Part shown: positions 54,132-64,000 of the stretch, piece by piece
Layout of the letters: every line of letters starts with the position of its first letter
How positions within the stretch are numbered: the stretch's first letter is position 1
NCBI GenBank assembly: GCA_951406725.2
Contig: CATOCA020000008.1
Span: 62,001 to 126,000, forward strand
Reading direction: 5' to 3'
From: Octopus vulgaris
Lineage: Eukaryota
Length of the DNA stretch: 64,000 bases
Notes under the pieces: model-generated
What the model was told of the DNA's origin: nothing
Seen by the model: the letters and a program-made list of their open reading frames with translations, nothing else
The model's database searches: none
Program-made: the position numbers and the translations under genes

Positions 54132-55550
54132 ATGGACTACGAGTCTCTAACAGACTTGTCCACGACGGATGAGGAACTGGAACAGGCAATTGCAGTGAAG
54201 CTGATGGAGGAAAAGGCTGGAGTTTTCGAGTCTTTATCAGACTTGTCTACATCTGAGGAGGAGCTAGAAATAGCAGTGAGGAAAATGGATCAGAAGCTGG
54301 GTTATACCTATGCCGGTGTAACCAAGAAGGCGGAAGAGAAAGGGGTCGACATGGCCAAGTTGCCAAGTTACCAGAAATACATGAAAAAGGAAAGCGGTGA
54401 GGTGGAACTATCACCGACACCCAGGAGAAAAGAATGGTATGATAAGAGGACCATTGTTTACAGGGTGTTCGCAAACGAAAGGAAGAGGGTAGAAGTTGTA
54501 ACCATGGGATGGATAGAGGAAGCCCTGCGAAGAACTGAGGAGGAAATAAATTTTCTGACTCGAGGATCCAAGTACGGGACCGTAGTTGTGCACTTTAAAA
54601 GTGAATCTGTAGCGAGGAAGATGGCAGCGAAGGCGGTGAAGTCGGAAAAGGTAACACTGTTACCTACGTATTTAAACAGGAGGATTACACGAATAAGGGT
54701 GGAGGGAGTGCCACCAAACGTGGAGGCAGAATGGATTGTGGCGGCTGTGATCAGCGGCCACGAGGACGAAGTGGATATTCTCCATGCCTCGGTTAAGTCC
54801 GAGGGCTGGAGAGGCGTAACAGTGGAGCTGAACGTACAGGCAGAGACCGAGGTACTGGTGGACCTGACGGAAAGCATCAGACTGGGAGAAGTGATCATGA
54901 GAGTGTGGGTGGAGGGCAGGGCTCCACGTTGTTACAAGTGTGGCCTGAGGGGTCACATAAGAGCCTTCTGCCCTCCCCCAGGGAAAGAAATGGATCCCGA
55001 ACCAGAGAGAGAGAAGCAGAAACCAGAGGAGAAGGAAACAGAGGAAGAGAATACACAGAAATGGAAGGAAGCTGGAAGTAAGAGGAAGAGAAGAATATGT
55101 GGAAAAAAAGAAAATAATATGGAACTCCAATCTACCCCAAAACCTCCCACACCCTCTGAGTCCCACCCTATCCATGCAGACATTGAACCCACCCGCTCCC
55201 CCCAACAAGAAAACAAAAGAAAAAAAAAGAATACACACACACAAGAGATTGAAATCGAACCCAGGCCGTACATTTGTACTATGACTGAACAGAGGGAAGT
55301 TAAAAGTCTAATGGAAGAGTATAAATGGTATGATGTTGGAGAGACTAGGTATGCTGTGATTGAAAAGAAGAACATAGGTGAGTTTATGGGGAGGTGTGAA
55401 AGGGAGAATTGGGAGGTGAAAGATATAAGAATGAGCGATGAATTCGTGGAAAATATGAATGAGTATTTCGGAGTAAGAATGGATATGGAATTTATTCGTA
55501 TTGGCAAAGAACATTCAAGTGACTATGAAAAACAAAGGACAGGTAAGTGA
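54132..55550 (+). CDS. Unit 2: intact L1/Tx1 ORF1-like zinc-knuckle protein (type B), 472 aa
   Basis: TYAGVTKK, RRM-like region, RIRVEGVPP, VWVEGRAPRCYKCGLRGHIRAFC (CX2CX4HX4C), KRKRR. Confidence 0.85.
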   Translation: MDYESLTDLSTTDEELEQAIAVKLMEEKAGVFESLSDLSTSEEELEIAVRKMDQKLGYTYAGVTKKAEEKGVDMAKLPSYQKYMKKESGEVELSPTPRRKEWYDKRTIVYRVFANERKRVEVVTMGWIEEALRRTEEEINFLTRGSKYGTVVVHFKSESVARKMAAKAVKSEKVTLLPTYLNRRITRIRVEGVPPNVEAEWIVAAVISGHEDEVDILHASVKSEGWRGVTVELNVQAETEVLVDLTESIRLGEVIMRVWVEGRAPRCYKCGLRGHIRAFCPPPGKEMDPEPEREKQKPEEKETEEENTQKWKEAGSKRKRRICGKKENNMELQSTPKPPTPSESHPIHADIEPTRSPQQENKRKKKNTHTQEIEIEPRPYICTMTEQREVKSLMEEYKWYDVGETRYAVIEKKNIGEFMGRCERENWEVKDIRMSDEFVENMNEYFGVRMDMEFIRIGKEHSSDYEKQRTGK

Positions 55551-55766
55551 TGCTGACGGACGGGGCCGTTGGTATCGCTTTCATTTTATCATTTTTTTCG
55601 TTTAACAATACATGTTCATAAAGTTTAATTATAATGTTCTATGTCCCCATGTCTTTTGTTGTCCCCCTCTGTGTCGCCCCTTAGTGGGTAATAAAAAATC
55701 AGCTCGTTCAGCGCGTTACACTTTTTCTGTTTTGGCGGCCGTTTTCGGTCTGTCAGACAGAAGGAA

Positions 55767-57127
55767 ATGGACAACCCCTACCTGATGGGAGATACGGCTG
55801 CAGTTTTTGAGTCTTTAACAGACTTGTCTACGTCTGAGGAGGAGCTAGAAATAGCAGTGAGGAAAATGGATCAGAAGCTGGGTTATACCTATGCCGGTGT
55901 AACCAAGAAGGCGGAAGAGAAAGGGGTCGACATGGCCAAGTTGCCAAGTTACCAGAAATACATGAAAAAGGAAAGCGGTGAGGTGGAACTATCACCGACA
56001 CCCAGGAGAAAAGAATGGTATGATAAGAGGACCATTGTTTACAGGGTGTGCGCAAACGAAAGGAAGAGGGTAGAAGTTGTATCCATGGAATGGATAGAGG
56101 AAGCCCTGCGAAGAACTGAGGAGGAAATAAATTTTCTGACTCGAGGATCCAAGTACGGGACCGTAGTTGTGCACTTTAAAAGTGAATCTGCAGCGAGGAA
56201 GATGGCAGCGAAGGCGGTGAAGTCGGAAAAGGTAACACTGTTACCTACGTATTTAAACAGGAGGATTACACGAATAAGGGTGGAGGGAGTGCCACCAAAC
56301 GTGGAGGCAGAATGGATTGTGGCGGCTGTGATCAGCGGCCACGAGGACGAAGTGGATATTCTCCATGCCTCGGTTAAGTCCGAGGGCTGGAGAGGCGTAA
56401 CAGTGGAGCTGAACGTACAGGCAGAGACCGAGGTACTGGTGGACCTGACGGAAAGCATCAGACTGGGAGAAGTGATCATGAGAGTGTGGGTGGAGGGCAG
56501 GGCTCCACGTTGTTACAAGTGTGGCCTGAGGGGTCACATAAGAGCCTTCTGCCCTCCCCCAGGGAAAGAAATGGATACCGAACCAGAGAGAGAGAAGCAG
56601 AAACCAGAGGAGAAGGAAACAGAGGAAGAGAATACACAGAAATGGAAGGAAGCTGGAAGTAAGAGGAAGAGAAGAATACGTGGAAAAGAAAATAATATGG
56701 AACTCCAATCCACCCCAAAACCACCCACGCCCTCTGAGTCCCACCCTATCCATGCAGACATTGAACCCACCCGCTCCCCCCAACAAGAAAACAAAAGAAA
56801 AAAAAGAATACATACACACAAGAGATTGAAATCGAACCCAGGCCGTACATTTGTACTATGACTGAACAGAAAGAAGTTAAAAGTCTAATGGAAGAGTATA
56901 AATGGTATGATGTTGGAGAGACTAGGTATGCTGTGATTGAAAAGAAGAACATAGGTGAGTTTATGGGGAGGTGTGAAAGGGAGAATTGGGAGGTGAAAGA
57001 TATAAGAATGAGCGATGAATTCGTGGAAAATATGGATGAGTATTTCGGAGTAAGAATGGATATGGAATTTATTCGTATTGGCAAAGAACATTCAAGTGAC
57101 TATGAAAAACAAAGGACAAGTAAGTGA
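55767..57127 (+). pseudogene. Unit 3: type B with alternative N-terminus; frameshift in A-run near 56800
   Basis: ORFs 55767-56861 and 56858-57127 together match unit 2. Confidence 0.8.
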
Positions 57128-57443
57128 TGCTGACGGACGGGGCCGTTGGTATCGCTTTCATTTTATCATTTTTTTCGTTTAACAATTCATGTTCATAAAG
57201 TTTAATTATAATGTTCTATGTCCCCATGTTTTGTTATGTCCGCCATTCTTCGTAGCCCCTTAGTGGGTAATAAAGAAATACGCGGTTTTTTCGGCTCCTG
57301 AAAATTCGGTAAAAAAGAACAAAAAGCGTTGTTGTTGTTGTGGAAATTCTGAACGGCGTTGACGCGGTTTCGCGTTTCGCTCGTTCAGCGCGTTACACTT
57401 TTTCTGTTTTGGCGGCCGTTTTCGGTCTGTCAGACAGAAGGAG

Positions 57444-58859
57444 ATGGACTATGAGTCTCTAACAGACTTGTCCACGACAGATGAGGAACTGGAACAGGCA
57501 ATTGCAGTGAAGCTGATGGAGGAAAAGGCTGGAGTTTTTGAGTCTTTATCAGACTTGCCTATGTCTGAGAAGGAGCTAGAAATGGCAGCAAGGAAATTGG
57601 AAGACAAGCTGAGTTATACCTATGCCGGTGTAACCAAGAAGGCGGAAGAGAAAGGGGTCGACATGGCCAAGTTGCCAAGTTACCAGAAATACATGAAAAA
57701 GGAAAGCGGTGAGGTGGAACTATCACCGACACCCAGGAGAAAAGAATGGTATGATAAGAGGACCATTGTTTACAGGGTGTGCGCAAACGAAAGGAAGAGG
57801 GTAGAAGTTGTATCCATGGAATGGATAGAGGAAGCCCTGCGAAGAACTGAGGAGGAAATAAATTTTCTGACTCGAGGATCCAAGTACGGGACCGTAGTTG
57901 TGCACTTTAAAAGTGAATCTGCAGCGAGGAAGATGGCAGCGAAGGCGGTGAAGTCGGAAAAGGTAACACTGTTACCTACGTATTTAAACAGGAGGATTAC
58001 ACGAATAAGGGTGGAGGGAGTGCCACCAAACGTGGAGGCAGAATGGATTGTGGCGGCTGTGATCAGCGGCCACGAGGACGAAGTGGATATTCTCCATGCC
58101 TCGGTTAAGTCCGAGGGCTGGAGAGGCGTAACAGTGGAGCTGAACGTACAGGCAGAGACCGAGGTACTGGTGGACCTGACGGAAAGCATCAGACTGGGAG
58201 AAGTGATCATGAGAGTGTGGGTGGAGGGCAGGGCTCCACGTTGTTACAAGTGTGGCCTGAGGGGTCACATAAGAGCCTTCTGCCCTCCCCCAGGGAAAGA
58301 AACGGATTCCGAACCAGAGAGAGAGAAGCAGAAACCAGAGGAGAAGGAAACAGAGGAAGAGAATACACAGAAATGGAAGGAAGCTGGAAGTAAGAGGAAG
58401 AGAAGAATTCATGGAAAAGAAAATAATATGGAACTCCAATCTACCCCAAAACCACCCACACCCTCTGAGTCCCACCCTATCCATGCAGACATTGAACCCA
58501 CCCGCTCCCCCCCAACAAGAAAACAAAAGAAAAAAAAGAATACACATACACAAGAGATTGAAATCGAACCCAGGCCGTACATTTGTACTATGACTGAACA
58601 GAAAGAAGTTAAAAGTCTAATGGAAGAGTATAAATGGTATGATGTTGGAGAGACTAGGTATGCTGTGATTGAAAAGAAGAACATAGGTGAGTTTATGGGG
58701 AGGTGTGAAAGGGAGAATTGGGAGGTGAAAGATATAAGAATGAGCGATGAATTCGTGGAAAATATGGATGAGTATTTCGGAGTAAGAATGGATATGGAAT
58801 TTATTCGTATTGACAAAGAACATTCAAGTGACTATGAAAAACAAAGGACAGGTAAGTGA
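57444..58859 (+). CDS. Unit 4: intact ORF1-like zinc-knuckle protein (type B), 471 aa
   Basis: Colinear with unit 2, with no internal stop. Confidence 0.85.
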   Translation: MDYESLTDLSTTDEELEQAIAVKLMEEKAGVFESLSDLPMSEKELEMAARKLEDKLSYTYAGVTKKAEEKGVDMAKLPSYQKYMKKESGEVELSPTPRRKEWYDKRTIVYRVCANERKRVEVVSMEWIEEALRRTEEEINFLTRGSKYGTVVVHFKSESAARKMAAKAVKSEKVTLLPTYLNRRITRIRVEGVPPNVEAEWIVAAVISGHEDEVDILHASVKSEGWRGVTVELNVQAETEVLVDLTESIRLGEVIMRVWVEGRAPRCYKCGLRGHIRAFCPPPGKETDSEPEREKQKPEEKETEEENTQKWKEAGSKRKRRIHGKENNMELQSTPKPPTPSESHPIHADIEPTRSPPTRKQKKKKNTHTQEIEIEPRPYICTMTEQKEVKSLMEEYKWYDVGETRYAVIEKKNIGEFMGRCERENWEVKDIRMSDEFVENMDEYFGVRMDMEFIRIDKEHSSDYEKQRTGK

Positions 58860-59189
58860 TGCTGACGGACGGGGCCGTTGGTATCACTTTCATTTTATCA
58901 TTTTTCGTTTAACAATTCATGTTCATAAAGTTTAATTATAATGTTCTATGTCCCCATGTTTTGTAATGTCCCCCTCTTCGTTGGCCCCTTGTGGGTAATA
59001 AAAAATCACGTGTTTTTTTCGGCTCTGTGTTTTTTGCTCTCTGTGAAATTCGGTAAAAAGAAAAAAGAACAAAAAGTGAATGGTTGTTGGTGTAAAATTT
59101 TGAACATAGTTGATGAGGTTTCGCGTCTCACTGGTTCTGCGCGTTACACTTTTTCGGTTCGGGAGGCCGTTTCTCGGCCGGAGGCGACT

Positions 59190-60517
59190 ATGAGCCGCCT
59201 CCATCAAGCGGAGGAGATGGAAGGGAGAATTTACTCTGAAATTTCGACGGAAGTATCGACATCTGAGGAGGAGTTGGCGGTGAAAAAGATGGAAGGCACC
59301 TACGCAGGTGTAACGAAGAAGTCAACGGAAAAGAGATAGACTTGGCTAAGTTGGCGGGCCTCCAGGAATTTGTGAAGGAGGACGAGAACGGTGAAGTTGA
59401 GCTGCTGCATCCAGTAGGGTGCGGAGACTGGTTCCATCGTAGAACCATTAAATATAAAGTATTTATGAATGGAGGTAGAAAGATGGAAGTAATTAACATG
59501 GAAGCAATTGAAGAGGCTCTTAAGCAGACGGGAGAGGAAATTGTGTACATGACGAAAGGATTACAATACGGAACCATAACGGTGCAATTTAAAAGTGAAA
59601 AAGCAGCCAGGAATGTAGCAGCCAAGGTGGTGAGTACAGAAAAGATTTACTTGTTACCCTCGTATCTGAATAGGCGGACAACTAGAATTAGGTGGAGGGA
59701 ATACCTCCACACCTAGAGGGCGAATTAATAACGGCTGCGGTTATAAAAGGAAATGAAGATAAAGTGGACATCCTCCACGCCATTATGAAGTATGAAGGCG
59801 TGAGAGGTGCCACACTAGTTATGAACGTTCAAACGGAGGCGGATGTTATAGAGAAGATTACGGACAGCATAAAGACTGGAAATATTATTATGAGAGTGTG
59901 GGTGGAGGGTAGGGCGCCCAGGTGCTACAAGTGTGGCCAAAGGGGTCACATAAGAGCCTACTGCCCTCCCCCACCAAAGGAAAAAGAAAAGGAAAGCGTT
60001 GAGGAAGCCTCAGGAGAGGAAGAAAATAAACAGAAACAAACAGAGAAGAAAACGACAGAAGAAGAGGAGATGCAACAAGAGTGGAAAGAAGCGGGAACAA
60101 AGAGAAAAAGAAGGAAAAAGAAAAAACTGTGCGAAGCCCCAACCCACCCCGACACCACCCATACCCTTGGAGTCCCATCCTTCCCCTGCAAACAGTAATT
60201 CCACCCACTCCCCGCCTACAAGAAGAATAAAAACAGACACACAGAGCAAAGAAAGTCCCAAGACCCATTTTTTATTTGTTATACATGGGAGAGACGTACA
60301 AAACGTTAAAAAACTGGTGTTAACCAAGTGGTACGAACACGAAGATTGGAGCTACACGGCTGTGGATGGTGATGATACGGGTATATTGGCGACAAGGTTA
60401 GAGGAAGAGGGTGTGTGTTGGAAGTCAGTGGAAATGAAAGATGAATGGATAGAGAGGGCTAAAAGAAAAACGAATGTTGTGATGGTTAAAACAGGAATAC
60501 TAATTGAAAATGGGTGA
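59190..60517 (+). pseudogene. Unit 5: type A, frameshifted
   Basis: Nearly identical to unit 6 but split over four ORF calls by small indels in homopolymer-like tracts. Confidence 0.8.
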
Positions 60518-60846
60518 AGAAGGACAGATAAGTGATGCTGGCGGATGGGGCCGTCGGTATCGCTCTCATATATCATTTTCATATTCCATTTTGCTCATAT
60601 ATATGTAATTGTGATGTTCCATGTCCCCATGTCTTGTAATGTCCCCCTCTTCGTTGGCCCCTTGTGGGTAATAAAAAATCACGTGTTTTTTTGCTCTCTG
60701 TGAAATTCGGTAAAAAGAAAAAAGAACAAAAAGTGAATGGTTGTTGTTGTAAAATTTTGAACATAGTTGATGCGGTTTCGCGTCTCACTGGTTCTGCGCG
60801 TTACACTTTTTCGGTTCGGGAGGCCGTTTCTCGGCCGGAGGCGACT

Positions 60847-62175
60847 ATGAGCCGCCTCCATCAAGCGGAGGAGATGGAAGGGAGAATTTACTCTGAAATT
60901 TCGACGGAAGTATCGACATCTGAGGAGGAGTTGGCGGTGAAAAAGATGGAAGGCACCTACGCAGGTGTAACGAAGAAGTCAACGGAAAGAGAGATAGACT
61001 TGGCTAAGTTGGCGGGCCTCCAGGAGTTTGTGAAGGAGGACGAGAACGGTGAAGTCGAGCTGCTGCATCCAGTAGGGCGCGGAGACTGGTTCCATCGTAG
61101 AACCATTAAATATAAAGTATTTATGAATGGAGGTAGAAAGATGGAAGTAATCAACATGGAAGCAATTGAAGAGGCTCTCAAGCAGACAGGAGAGGAAATT
61201 GTGTACATGACAAAAGGATTACAATACGGAACGATAACGGTGCAATTTAAAAGCGAAAAAGCAGCCAGGAATGTAGCAGCCAAGGTGGTGAGTACAGAAA
61301 AGATTTACTTGTTACCCTCGTATCTGAATAGGCGGACAACTAGAATTAGGGTGGAGGGAATACCTCCACACCTAGAGGGCGAATTAATAACGGCTGCGGT
61401 TATAAAAGGAAATGAAGATAAAGTGGACATCCTCCACGCCATTATGAAGTATGAAGGCGTGAGAGGTGCCACACTAGTTATGAACGTTCAAGCGGAGGCG
61501 GATGTTATAGAGAGGATTACGGACAGCATAAAAACTGGAAATATTATTATGAGAGTGTGGGTGGAGGGTAGGGCGCCCAGGTGCTACAAGTGTGGCCAAA
61601 GGGGTCACATAAGAGCCTACTGCCCTCCCCCACCAAAGGAAAAAGAAAAGGAAAGCGTTGAGGAAGCCTCGGGAGAGGAAGAAAATAAACAGAAACAAAC
61701 AGAGAAGGAAACGACAGAAGAAGAGGAGATGCAACAAGAGTGGAAAGAAGCGGGAACAAAGAGAAAAAGAAGGAAAAAGAAAAACTGTGCGAAGCCCCAA
61801 CCCACCCCGACACCACCCATACCCTTGGAGTCCCATCCTTCCCCTGCAAACAGTAATTCCACCCACTCCCCGCCTACAAGAAGAATAAAAACAGACACAC
61901 AGAGCAAAGAAAGTCCCAAGACCCATTTTTTATTTGTTATACATAGGAAAGACATACAAAACGTTAAAAAACTGGTGTTAACCAAGTGGTACGAACACGA
62001 AGATTGGAGCTACACGGTTGTGGACAGTGATGATACGGGTATATTGGCGACAAGGTTAGAGGAAGAGGGTGTGTGTTGGAAGTCAGTGAAAATGAAAGAT
62101 GAATGGATAGAGAGGGCTAAAAGAAAAACGAATGTTGTGATAGGTGAAACAGGAATACAAATTGGAAATGGGTGA
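60847..62175 (+). CDS. Unit 6: intact ORF1-like zinc-knuckle protein (type A), 442 aa from ATG
   Basis: MSRLHQ start; TYAGVTKK; RIRVEGIPP; RCYKCGQRGHIRAYC; distinct C-terminal module (KWYEHEDWSY). Confidence 0.85.
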   Translation: MSRLHQAEEMEGRIYSEISTEVSTSEEELAVKKMEGTYAGVTKKSTEREIDLAKLAGLQEFVKEDENGEVELLHPVGRGDWFHRRTIKYKVFMNGGRKMEVINMEAIEEALKQTGEEIVYMTKGLQYGTITVQFKSEKAARNVAAKVVSTEKIYLLPSYLNRRTTRIRVEGIPPHLEGELITAAVIKGNEDKVDILHAIMKYEGVRGATLVMNVQAEADVIERITDSIKTGNIIMRVWVEGRAPRCYKCGQRGHIRAYCPPPPKEKEKESVEEASGEEENKQKQTEKETTEEEEMQQEWKEAGTKRKRRKKKNCAKPQPTPTPPIPLESHPSPANSNSTHSPPTRRIKTDTQSKESPKTHFLFVIHRKDIQNVKKLVLTKWYEHEDWSYTVVDSDDTGILATRLEEEGVCWKSVKMKDEWIERAKRKTNVVIGETGIQIGNG

Positions 62176-62502
62176 AGAAGGACAGACAAGTGATGCTGGC
62201 GGATGGGGCCGTCGGTATCACTCTCATATATCATTTTTCATATTCCATTTTGCTCATATATATGTAATTGTGATGTTCCATGTCCCCATGTCTTGTAATG
62301 TCCCCCTCTTCGTTGGCCCCTTGTGGGTAATAAAAAATCACGTGTTTTTTTCGGCTCCTGAAATTCGGTAAAAAAGAACAAAAAGCGTTGTTGTTGTTGT
62401 GGAAATTCTGAACGGCGTTGACGCGGTTTCGCGTTTCGCTCGTTCAGCGCGTTACACTTTTTCTGTTTTGGCGGCCGTTCTCGGTCTGTCGGACGGAAGG
62501 AG

Positions 62503-63296
62503 GTGGACTATGAGTCTCTGACAGACTTGTCCACGACAGATGAGGAGCTGGAACGGGCAATTGCAGTGAGGCTGATGGAAGAAAGGGCTGGAATTTTCGA
62601 GTCTTTATCAGACCTGCCTGCGTCTGAGAAGGAGCTAGAAATGGCAGCAAGGAATTTGGAGGGCCGGGCTCCACGTTGTTACAAGTGTGGCCTGAGGGGT
62701 CACATAAGAGCCTTCTGCCCTCCCCCAGGGAAAGAAATGGATTCCGAACCAGAGAGAGAGAAGCAGAAACCAGAGGAGAAGGAAACAGAGGAAGAGAATA
62801 CACAGAAATGGAAGGAAGCTGGAAGTAAGAGGAAGAGAAGAATGCGTGGAAAAGAAAATAATATGGAACACCAATCTACCCCAAAACCACCCACACCCTC
62901 TGAGTCCCACCCTATCCATGCAGACATTGAACCCACCCGCTCCCCCCAACAAGAAAACAAAAGAAAAAAAAAGAATACACACACAGACAAGAGATTGAAG
63001 TCGATATCAGGCCGTACATTTGTACTATGACTGAACAGAAAGAAGTTAAATGTCTAATGGAAGAGTATAAATGGTATGAAGTCGGTGAGACTAGGTATGC
63101 TGTGATTGAAAAGAAGAACATAGGTGAGTTTATGGTGAGGTGTGAAAGGGAGAATTGGGAGGTGAAAGATATAAGAATGAGCGATGAATTCGTGGAAAAT
63201 ATGGATGAGTATTTCGGAGTAAGAATGGATATGGAATTTATTCGTATTGGCAAAGAACATTCAAGGGACGATGAAAAACAAAGGACAGGTAAGTGA
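62503..63296 (+). pseudogene. Unit 7: type B with in-frame loss of the RRM-like region
   Basis: Start codon reads GTG; MAARNL is joined to EGRAPRC; later frameshift near 62980. Confidence 0.8.
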
Positions 63297-63642
63297 TGCT
63301 GACGGATGGGGCCGTTGGTATCACTTTCATTTTCTCATTTTTTCGTTTAACAATTCATTTTCCATAAAGTTTAATTATAAATGTTTTATGTCCCCATGTC
63401 TTTTGGTGTCCACTTCTGTGTCGCCCCTAGTGGGTAATAAAGAAATACAATGTAGAGAAAAAGAAGATTGAACGGCGGTGTTTTTTGCGCTCTGTAAAAT
63501 TCGGTTGAAAAGGAAAAAAGAACAAAAAGTGAATTGTGGTTGTTGCGGAATTGGAACGTCGGTTGGTGCGGTTTCGCGTCGCACTGGTTCTGTGCGTCGC
63601 ACGTTTTCTGTTCGGGAGGCCGTTTTTCGGTCTGAGGCGACT

Positions 63643-64000
63643 ATGAGCCGCCTCTACCAAACGGATGAGATGGAAGGAGAAATTTCTCTGAAAATTCGTC
63701 GACATCTGAGGAGGAGTTGGCGGTGAAAAAAATGGAAAGCACCTACGCAGGTATAACGAAGAAGTCAACAGAAAAAGAGATAGACCTGGCTAAGTTGACG
63801 GACTTCCAGGAGTTCATGAAGGAGGAGGAGAACGGAGAGGTTGAGCTGTTGCCTCTAGCAGGGCGCGGAGACTGGTTCCATCGTAGAACCATTAAATATA
63901 AAGTATTTATGAATGGAGGTAGAAAAATGGAAGTGATTAACATGGAAGCAATTGAAGAGGCTCTCAAACAGACAGGAGAAGAAATTGTGTACATGACAAA
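63643..64000 (+). pseudogene. Unit 8: type A 5' part, same leader as unit 1
   Basis: MSRLYQTDEMEG then a 1-bp deletion; truncated by the window end. Confidence 0.75.

Larger units (their letters stand above)
52279..64000 (+). repeat. Head-to-tail array of ORF1-only retroelement-like units (at least 8; continues past window)
   Basis: Units at about 52279-53946, 53947-55698, 55699-57280, 57281-59005, 59006-60678, 60679-62337, 62338-63447 and 63448-end. Each complete unit has a CpG-rich leader, one ORF, a hairpin and a GTGGGTAATAAA tail. Confidence 0.95.

Noticed and set aside
59190-60517. Programmed frameshifting in array units
   Set aside because: Indels fall at different homopolymer runs in different units and intact paralogues exist; decay or sequencing error is more likely, so some pseudogene calls may be intact genes.
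52556-63994. Recurrent minus-strand ORFs in array units
   Set aside because: Antisense shadows of a purine-rich coding strand, repeated only because the units are repeated.
52279-64000. Array as an LTR retrotransposon gag cluster, or as insertions into snRNA, tRNA or rDNA targets
   Set aside because: No LTR pairs, primer-binding site, protease or pol; no recognisable U2, 5S, tRNA or telomeric repeat at the junctions.

Overview
AT-rich, microsatellite-dense eukaryotic (metazoan) DNA with no recognisable host exon. The SINE, LINE and microsatellite repertoire suggests an octopus or other coleoid cephalopod, which is inference only. The first ~52 kb is a mosaic of transposon copies: CR1-group LINEs (one with an uninterrupted 645-aa RT ORF, one with a CCCH-finger ORF1), RTE and RLE-type LINE remnants, Penelope-like elements (Naiad-like and Neptune-like) with inverted terminal repeats, tRNA-derived SINEs, mariner/Tc1 relics, MITEs and Helitron-like elements. 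It also holds several fold-back palindromes that carry minimal hammerhead-ribozyme folds with alternative cores. The standout is 52.3-64 kb: a head-to-tail array of at least 8 units, mostly 1.6-1.75 kb. Each unit encodes only an L1/Tx1-type ORF1-like protein (RRM-like region plus one CCHC knuckle) with no RT or endonuclease. The units are built from exchangeable modules, carry a conserved hairpin at the ORF end, and finish in a 3' tail shared with a SINE family found three times elsewhere in this window. All family assignments come from reading motifs by eye; no database search was run.
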